Origin: Desulfosudaceae bacterium
GTDB taxonomy: Bacteria > Desulfobacterota > Desulfobacteria > Desulfobacterales > Desulfosudaceae
Reading direction: 5' to 3'
Length of the DNA: 64,000 bases
NCBI GenBank assembly: GCA_963674745.2
Contig: CAXXDV010000003.1
Coordinates: 1,056,001 to 1,120,000 of the forward strand
The translations under genes and the position numbers were made by a program. Position 1 is the stretch's first letter. Each line of letters starts with the position of its first letter. Shown here one piece after another: positions 57,793 through 64,000 of the stretch. Below the pieces are notes generated by a model that was not told where the DNA came from, did no database searches, and saw only the letters and a list, made by a program, of their open reading frames with translations.

Positions 57793-58584
57793 TTATGTGG
57801 AATCCTGATGGATAAAAAAACGATTGGCATTCTCAAACGCCAGGGCTTTTCTCACTTCGGCCGAAAATCGTTTGTCCTGGTAAAAATCAACCAGGTCTTC
57901 GTAAAACATGACCCCGGAATCCGTGTTGCACATGATCTTATCAAGCTGTTCGGCATGGCTGTCCACGATCTGCATTAAATCATCAAGAGACGTCTTGATG
58001 GGGCTCAACGTTATCCCGGCCCAAAAGCCGCCTCTCAGGACCGGGCCGATGGTCTTTGGCGTGCAGTGATCGATGACCGTGATCGGCGCCAGATCCGGAA
58101 AATCCGCCAGCAGCACCATGGTCTGGGCGGTCACGGCCGGTTTGTCTTCCCGGGGGGTATGGATGCCGATGCATTTGTTCATGGCCAGCAGCTTGTCCCC
58201 CAGGGCGAGCTGCTCCCTCAACATCTCCTGTTCAAAAACACTGCCGGTTTCCAGGCCGATTTCGCCCAAACCCAGGCAGAGCGGGTCCTTCAGGTAGGGC
58301 ATCAGGATGTTTGCCACTTCTGTGGCGGCCAGGTCCGGCGTAATGCTCCGGGGGTGGATACCGGCCAGGTAAAAGCATTTTTTGCCTCTGCGGTTCAAGC
58401 GCCGGACCAGGTCGGCCTGGGCCGTCAAACAGTTCAGCAAACCGGACTGGTTTTTTACCCCCGGACAAAAGGCCCAGGAAACCGGCATCATATCATGTTT
58501 CTGCATCCATTCGATCCGCTCCGGATGATTCTTATCCACAAGGTCCAGGTGCAAATGACTGTCAATAATCGTCATGTTGTTCAC
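57793..58584 (-). CDS. TatD-family metal-dependent hydrolase
   Basis: IDSHLH, GIHP, GEIGL, IHTPR, IDH, NTD. Confidence 0.85.
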   Translation of the reverse strand: MNNMTIIDSHLHLDLVDKNHPERIEWMQKHDMMPVSWAFCPGVKNQSGLLNCLTAQADLVRRLNRRGKKCFYLAGIHPRSITPDLAATEVANILMPYLKDPLCLGLGEIGLETGSVFEQEMLREQLALGDKLLAMNKCIGIHTPREDKPAVTAQTMVLLADFPDLAPITVIDHCTPKTIGPVLRGGFWAGITLSPIKTSLDDLMQIVDSHAEQLDKIMCNTDSGVMFYEDLVDFYQDKRFSAEVRKALAFENANRFFIHQDST

Positions 58585-58805
58585 AGCAGCCCCTCTGATC
58601 GTTACAAGTCGATTGTTGAGGATATGACTGAAGTTTGCAATGGTTTTCTTTCAAGGCCGATATTCTGCCTTCGTCATTCCGGCCTCGAAAGCCGGGATTC
58701 AGATCTGCCGGACATAAACACACGCCTGAACGTGTTTTAAGAAAACCGGCCAGAATTCCGAGGCAAACCTAATCACCTAATCACATAACCACCTCCAACA
58801 AATTC

Positions 58806-59476
58806 GTAGGGGCACCCCCCCCGTGGGTGCCCTTGACCGGGCGGCCACAGGGGGCCGCCCCTACATTGTTCATGAACGCTCTCCGCGGATTTCTCGACGC
58901 CCATCCCGGCCCGTAGGGGCAACCCCCCGTGGTTGCCCTTCATCAGGGCAGGCACAGGGGCCTGCCCCTACATTGTTCATGAACGATTTCCACGGTATTC
59001 ATGAACATTCACCACGGCCCGTAGGGGCAACCCCCCGTGGTTGCCCTTCACCGGGCAGACACAGGGGCCTGCCCCTACATTGTTCATGAACGATTTCCAC
59101 GGTATTCATGAACATTCGCCACGGCCCGTAGGGGCAACCCCCCGTGGTTGCCCTTCATCAGGGCAGGCACAGGGGCCTGCCCCTACATTGTTCATGAACG
59201 ATTTCCACGGTATTCATGAACATTCGCCCCGGCCCGTAGGGGCAACCCCCCGTGGTTGCCCTTCATCAGGGCAGGCACAGGGGCCTGCCCCTACATTGTT
59301 CATGAACGATTTCCACGGTATTCATGAACATTCACCACGGCCCGTAGGGGCAACCCCCCGTGGTTGCCCATCATCAGGGCGGCCACAGGGGCCTGCCCCT
59401 ACATTGTTCATGAACGATTTCCACGGTATTCATGAACATTCACCACGGCCCGTAGGGGCAACCACCCGTGGTTGCC
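58806..59476. repeat. BIME-like array: about six REP doublets at 107-108-bp period
   Basis: Starts at 58806, 58913, 59021, 59128, 59236, 59344 and 59452 (half); same linker as the 51747 array from 58913 on. Confidence 0.92.
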
Positions 59477-59547
59477 TCACACCCCGTCCCCTTAATCACC
59501 TTAAAACGCTATAACCCTGAAACCTTAAAACTCCCGCGAAGCGGGCC

Positions 59548-61983
59548 CTACGCCGCACTCGTCCGCGCAAACGGCACCAGGCTGCCTCTCACCACGGGCC
59601 GGGGCGTTTCATCATCCACCGGCTCTTCGGTCTTTGCCTGCTTCCGGCGTTTCCTTTCTGTCTCGACGTCTGCTACCGCCTTGTCATTTCCTAAAAACCG
59701 GGCATTGCTAGCATACCAGAACAATTCCCAGTCTTCCTGTTGTTTCAGCGGTGGAAACCCATTTGCGGCTTTCTCGGCTGTATCCCTGGCCTGTTTTGTC
59801 TGGCCTGTATCATTTAAAATCTCCGCTTTCAGGGAAAGATAAGCACTTTTTTCCCTCTCGATATCAAGGGCCGCATCGACTAAGACCAGCGCCTCTTCAT
59901 CACGCTTTGTTTTTTGATAAAGCTGCGCCAGGTTAAATGACGGAATGGCTCGAAATCCCCGGTCGGCGACCCGGATGGATTCCCGGTAGGCTTTTTCCGC
60001 GCGTTCATAGTCATTAATCTCTTTATAATAAATGCCCATCAGGTTCGAGATATACGCGCTTGGCTCACCTTTTTTTCTCAAAGCCGTGCGCAGGTAATAC
60101 AGGGCTTTCTCCTGATGGTTCAGTTCCGCGTACCACCTGGCCAGCTTGGTGTAGTCTTCAACGCTTTCCTCGTTACCGCCCTGCTGCGCGCGAAGTTTCT
60201 CTTCCATCTCCTCGATCTTCAGGCGTATGGAACCGGGATTGACCACATTGACCAAAGGATTTTCAAGGGTCCGCACAAACCCCTCGTTCTCCTCATCTTC
60301 TTCGGCTTCGCCCAGAAAGGCCCGGCACTCAAACTGCTTGCCGGCGGTCACCCGGTACTGCATGACGATTTCATCACCGGCCGTGGCCGCCTCGGGCAGA
60401 TCCCATATCTCGTTTAACAGGTGGCGGCTGTCGGTATGGCTCATCAGCTTGATTCGCAACTGATTCACCAGCAGTTGCGCCGTGTTCGGCACCGTCATCT
60501 CCAGGTCCACCCAGGAGCCGTCCGCCGGCCAGGGCAGGGGCGTCCCCGGTTCCACCAGGGGATAGCGGGTGCCGTCATTGGTTTCCAGGTCAATGCCGTC
60601 ATGCAGCACCGGCCGGATCAGGGGCCGGCCGGTAATGGTTTTATAGATGGTGTTCCAGGCCGCCCCGCGGGCCACGGCCGTCTGCATTCTTATCGGATCT
60701 TCAAAACAACAGATATAACAATCCTCGAAATATTCCTCGATGGCTTCCCGAACCTGGGGAATGAGCACACTGCCGCCGGTTATCAGACAGAAATCAACCA
60801 TATCCGGGCGGATACCGGCCCGGTCCAGGGCGTCTTCCAGCGGCGAAAACACGGACTGGGACATCCGGTATTCGGTTTCCCGGGCGTAAAGATGATCGGT
60901 ATCCAGAAACGGCTCCAGCAGGGTCTCAAACTGTTGGATCGACAGGCCGGGTTCATTAAGATACAATTCATCACCGTTCAGATCGCAGCGTATTGAAGCA
61001 ACCGTGGCACGCATTGTCTGGCTGTCGGTCTTATATGTCCCCCGGGCTTTCCTTTCACGAATCTTATCACACAGACTGATTTTCAATGTTTCAGCCGTGC
61101 CGATCAACTGGGTCTCCAAAACCAGTTTTTTGTCTTCCCAGTTCAGGTCAGCCGGCTCGAGCCCGTTGCTTTCCATCAGCGCCGGGATCAGCACATCATG
61201 AACAATGGCCTCGTCAATATCGCCGCCGCCCAGCCGGTGATACCGGGAAACCGACAGCTCACTCAACGACAGTGGCCTGTTCTCTCCATCGCTGGTGATC
61301 GATACCACCGATACATCGCAGGTACCGCCCCCGAAATCAAAAATAACGCCGATGTTTTCATCTTCGGGTGACAGCACCAGGTTGCTTTCTTCGGACATGA
61401 GGTAGTCGACCAGGGCGGCCGTGGGCTCCTCGAGCAGGCTGCCCTGGTCCAGGTGAAGATCGGCCAGCCGGCCGGCCCGCAGGGTATCCCGGCGCTGGTT
61501 CATCTGGAACGAGGCCGGCACCGTCACCGTAACGGCCTGGTAAGGCGCCACAGCCGCCTGCTCGGCCGCGTCCACCAGGAACGCCAGGATATACCCGGCC
61601 ACCTTGTGGGCATGATCCAGGTAGGCCGGCGCCCCGACATAGGTCTTGTTCAGGCCCATGTCGTTCTTGGTTTCGTAAAAGATATTCCGTCCCCTTACCA
61701 GGTGGACCCTGTCAACACTGTGCCACTTCCGCCGGGCGCCTTCGCCGATATAGATGGTTTCGTCTTTCATCACCACCGCCACCGACGGCACCATTTCACT
61801 GGAAAACGTTCCGGTCGAAAGCGGCTGGACCACCTCGAATACCCGGCACATGGGCGCATATCCCGGCATCCAGACACTTTCGGCAATGGTGGAGTTGGTG
61901 GTGCCCAGGTCAATACTGAGGGTGCGCACAACGCCCCCGCCGCCGGCCACCGGCTGGTCACAAAATCGTTTGATCATATCCAT
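59548..61983 (-). CDS. Atypical Hsp70-family protein with C-terminal TPRs
   Basis: IDLGTTNS, TVPASF, EEPTAA, FDFGGGTCDVS, LGGGDID, TGGS; TPR helices in the last 200 aa or so. Confidence 0.88.
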   Translation of the reverse strand: MDMIKRFCDQPVAGGGGVVRTLSIDLGTTNSTIAESVWMPGYAPMCRVFEVVQPLSTGTFSSEMVPSVAVVMKDETIYIGEGARRKWHSVDRVHLVRGRNIFYETKNDMGLNKTYVGAPAYLDHAHKVAGYILAFLVDAAEQAAVAPYQAVTVTVPASFQMNQRRDTLRAGRLADLHLDQGSLLEEPTAALVDYLMSEESNLVLSPEDENIGVIFDFGGGTCDVSVVSITSDGENRPLSLSELSVSRYHRLGGGDIDEAIVHDVLIPALMESNGLEPADLNWEDKKLVLETQLIGTAETLKISLCDKIRERKARGTYKTDSQTMRATVASIRCDLNGDELYLNEPGLSIQQFETLLEPFLDTDHLYARETEYRMSQSVFSPLEDALDRAGIRPDMVDFCLITGGSVLIPQVREAIEEYFEDCYICCFEDPIRMQTAVARGAAWNTIYKTITGRPLIRPVLHDGIDLETNDGTRYPLVEPGTPLPWPADGSWVDLEMTVPNTAQLLVNQLRIKLMSHTDSRHLLNEIWDLPEAATAGDEIVMQYRVTAGKQFECRAFLGEAEEDEENEGFVRTLENPLVNVVNPGSIRLKIEEMEEKLRAQQGGNEESVEDYTKLARWYAELNHQEKALYYLRTALRKKGEPSAYISNLMGIYYKEINDYERAEKAYRESIRVADRGFRAIPSFNLAQLYQKTKRDEEALVLVDAALDIEREKSAYLSLKAEILNDTGQTKQARDTAEKAANGFPPLKQQEDWELFWYASNARFLGNDKAVADVETERKRRKQAKTEEPVDDETPRPVVRGSLVPFARTSAA

Positions 61984-62173
61984 TTTTATCCTCCTTTACT
62001 GAAGAGTTTAGGGCCTCGCTGAAAATCAGAATTTTCAGCTGTACCCTGAATAAAAATGCCCGCCCGTCCATATCGCCCCCGGTTGACAATGAACACACCA
62101 TCCTCAACCTTGATCCAACAATACCACCCACCTGTGACATATCCGGTCACACTTCACGGAAATTTTTTTACCT

Positions 62174-62725
62174 CGTCATTCCGGACCCCGATCCGGAATC
62201 CAGAAAAATTGACCAGCACCACTTTGACGGGTGCCACGGGCAAAGCGCCAGCTTGCCCGTGCTGTCTCACCGTTACCCTGGACCCCGATCCGGCATCCAG
62301 AACGGCCGGCCATAAACACACGCCTGCACATGACCTAAGATAATCAGCCAAAATGCCGAGGCCCCCATAACCACTTAATCACTTAACCACTTAATCACCT
62401 TCCCCCGACCCGTAGGGGCAACCCCCCGTGGTTGCCCATCATCAGGGCAGGCACAGGGGCCTGCCCCTACATTGTCCCTGAACGTTTCCCCCGACCCGTA
62501 GGGGCAACCCCCCGTGGTTGCCCATCATCAGGGCAGGCACGGGGGCCTGCCCCTACAATTCAAACCCCGAACCCTGAACCCACCTACCTCGTCATGCCGG
62601 ACCCCCGATCCGGCATCCAGATCTGCCGGACATAAACACACGCCTGCACATGACCTAAGATAATCAGCCAAAATGCCGAGGCCCCCATAACCACTTAATC
62701 ACTTAACCACTTAATCACTTTAAAA
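62174..62725. repeat. Repeat cluster: about 120-bp direct repeats around two REP doublets, with CGTCATTCCGG-type palindromes
   Basis: 62280-62398 approximately equals 62599-62718; REPINs 62412-62470 and 62498-62556. Confidence 0.85.
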
Positions 62726-62773
62726 CCTCGAACCCCAACCCCATCTTTTTTCTTGCTTTTGACCGAATATAAT

Positions 62774-62819
62774 GTAAAATACAGTTAATTATCAAATTTG
62801 TTAATAAACTGTACTTTGC
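62774..62819 (+). promoter_or_regulatory. 23-bp inverted-repeat operator of the AbiE operon
   Basis: GTAAAATACAGTTAATTATCAAA / TTTGTTAATAAACTGTACTTTGC (19/23 complementary) directly before ATG 62821. Confidence 0.75.
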
Positions 62820-62820
62820 A

Positions 62821-63405
62821 ATGGGTTATTCTTCACTCAGAAAAATCAGGTCCCTCTACTTCACGTACAATGAGGTTGCGGAGATACTGAACATCAAGCC
62901 GGATTCCGCCCGGGTGCTGTGCTCCCGGTATGTGGCGGCCGGTCTGCTCATCCGCTTGAAAAGAAATGTCTATATTTTAAAGGAACGCTGGGATTATCTG
63001 GATGAAAACGAGATCATGCAGGTGGCCAATATTCTCCAGGTGCCATCATATATCTCCCTGACAACCGCCCTGTCGTATTATGGATACACAACCCAGATCC
63101 AGCAGAATTTTATGGAGTCGGTTTGCTTAAACCGAACAGGCAATAAGACGATTGAAGCAATCGAATTCAATTTTACCAAAGTATCACGACCTTATTATTT
63201 TGATTTTGACAGGATAAACGGCGTGTTTATCGCTTCTGCGGAAAAAGCGCTGGCCGATGCGCTTTACCTGATGTCCCTGGGCAGATACAGCCTCGATTTT
63301 GCCGCCCTGGAAAGCAGCCGAATCGACAGCAATAAACTGGAAAACCTGCTGGGAAGATACCCGGAAAAAACCCGAAACCTCTGGAGAACACGTGGACCAG
63401 CTTAA
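62821..63405 (+). CDS. Type IV TA antitoxin, AbiEi-like
   Basis: N-terminal wHTH (LIRLKRNVY), PSYISLTTALSYYG, AEKALADALY. Confidence 0.88.
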   Translation: MGYSSLRKIRSLYFTYNEVAEILNIKPDSARVLCSRYVAAGLLIRLKRNVYILKERWDYLDENEIMQVANILQVPSYISLTTALSYYGYTTQIQQNFMESVCLNRTGNKTIEAIEFNFTKVSRPYYFDFDRINGVFIASAEKALADALYLMSLGRYSLDFAALESSRIDSNKLENLLGRYPEKTRNLWRTRGPA

Positions 63406-64000
63406 ACAACACGAAATTTTTGAAATCGAAACCCTTCAGTTTATGAAGAACCGGCGCCTGCTCGACAGCCTGGTCTTCGGTGGTGATACCATGCTGCGTT
63501 TGTGCCACGGCCTGAACAGGTATTCTGTTGACCTTGATTTCTATTTAAAAGACCAAACCGCCCACGACCGTTTTTTTCAAAAAATCACATCAGAATTCGC
63601 CGGCCCGTTCGTGGTTACCGACAGTCACAATAAACGGAATACCATCCTCCAGGAAATCAAACATGAACGTTACGGGATGAAGCTTAAGATCGAAATCAAT
63701 AAAATGCGGCGTTTTACGGCCTATCAGACGACGATTGCTTTTTCGCCCCATGCCGCCATGCAGGTACATGTGGATACGGTTCCGTTAAAAGACATGATGA
63801 ACAATAAAATTGAAGCCCTTCTGTCCAGAAAGGAAATACGCGATGCCTTTGATATTGAATTCCTGTTACGCCGGGAGGTAGTCTTTCCCGAAGACAGGCA
63901 GAAAGCCAGTGCGGTCCTGAAAACCATTCAGGCTTTTAAGAAAAACGATTTTTATGTAAAACTCGGCTCCCTGCTGTCGCCCGATGACAGGGCATATTAC
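63392..64000 (+). CDS. AbiEii-family nucleotidyltransferase toxin (3' truncated by window edge; absent from ORF track)
   Basis: GTG 63392 after GGAGA overlaps the antitoxin; translates to LVFGGDTMLRLCHGLNRYSVDLDF...LKIEI...KIEALLSRKEIRDAFDI. Confidence 0.88.
   Translation, partial: MDQLKQHEIFEIETLQFMKNRRLLDSLVFGGDTMLRLCHGLNRYSVDLDFYLKDQTAHDRFFQKITSEFAGPFVVTDSHNKRNTILQEIKHERYGMKLKIEINKMRRFTAYQTTIAFSPHAAMQVHVDTVPLKDMMNNKIEALLSRKEIRDAFDIEFLLRREVVFPEDRQKASAVLKTIQAFKKNDFYVKLGSLLSPDDRAYY

Noticed and set aside
56414..58584. QatABCD-type system (ATPase plus TatD)
   Set aside because: No QueC-like gene, the ATPase is AAA_14-DUF4143 rather than KAP-type, and it has its own promoter.
59548..61983. 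Housekeeping dnaK or hscA
   Set aside because: Lacks the canonical substrate-binding signature, has a TPR tail and has no dnaJ, grpE or isc neighbours.

Overview
Chromosomal window from an anaerobic, probably fatty-acid-degrading Desulfobacterales-type deltaproteobacterium (inferred from ahbC-hemB-ahbD, a tetraheme cytochrome c3 and a FadR/acyl-CoA dehydrogenase operon). It holds about 33 genes: the 3' end of alaS, lipid-catabolic genes, a PAS histidine kinase, a 4611-aa PilY1 adhesin with about 50 Cys/Asp-rich repeats, the alternative heme pathway, a ClpX-like ATPase, a WYL regulator, an Hsp70-TPR protein and an AbiE toxin-antitoxin pair. Intergenic DNA is saturated with GTAG-type REP doublets, and their probable RAYT transposase is in the window. 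Top findings: (1) two adjacent ThDP-enzyme paralogs with reciprocal loss of the two half-sites, predicting an obligate heterodimer; (2) a recurring composite intergenic module of 8-mer tracts, a GCGAAGC-type minihairpin and REP doublets, one copy of which carries the RAYT; (3) the giant, recently expanded PilY1 stalk. No rRNA, tRNA or CRISPR array was seen. All family calls come from motifs read by eye, not from database searches.
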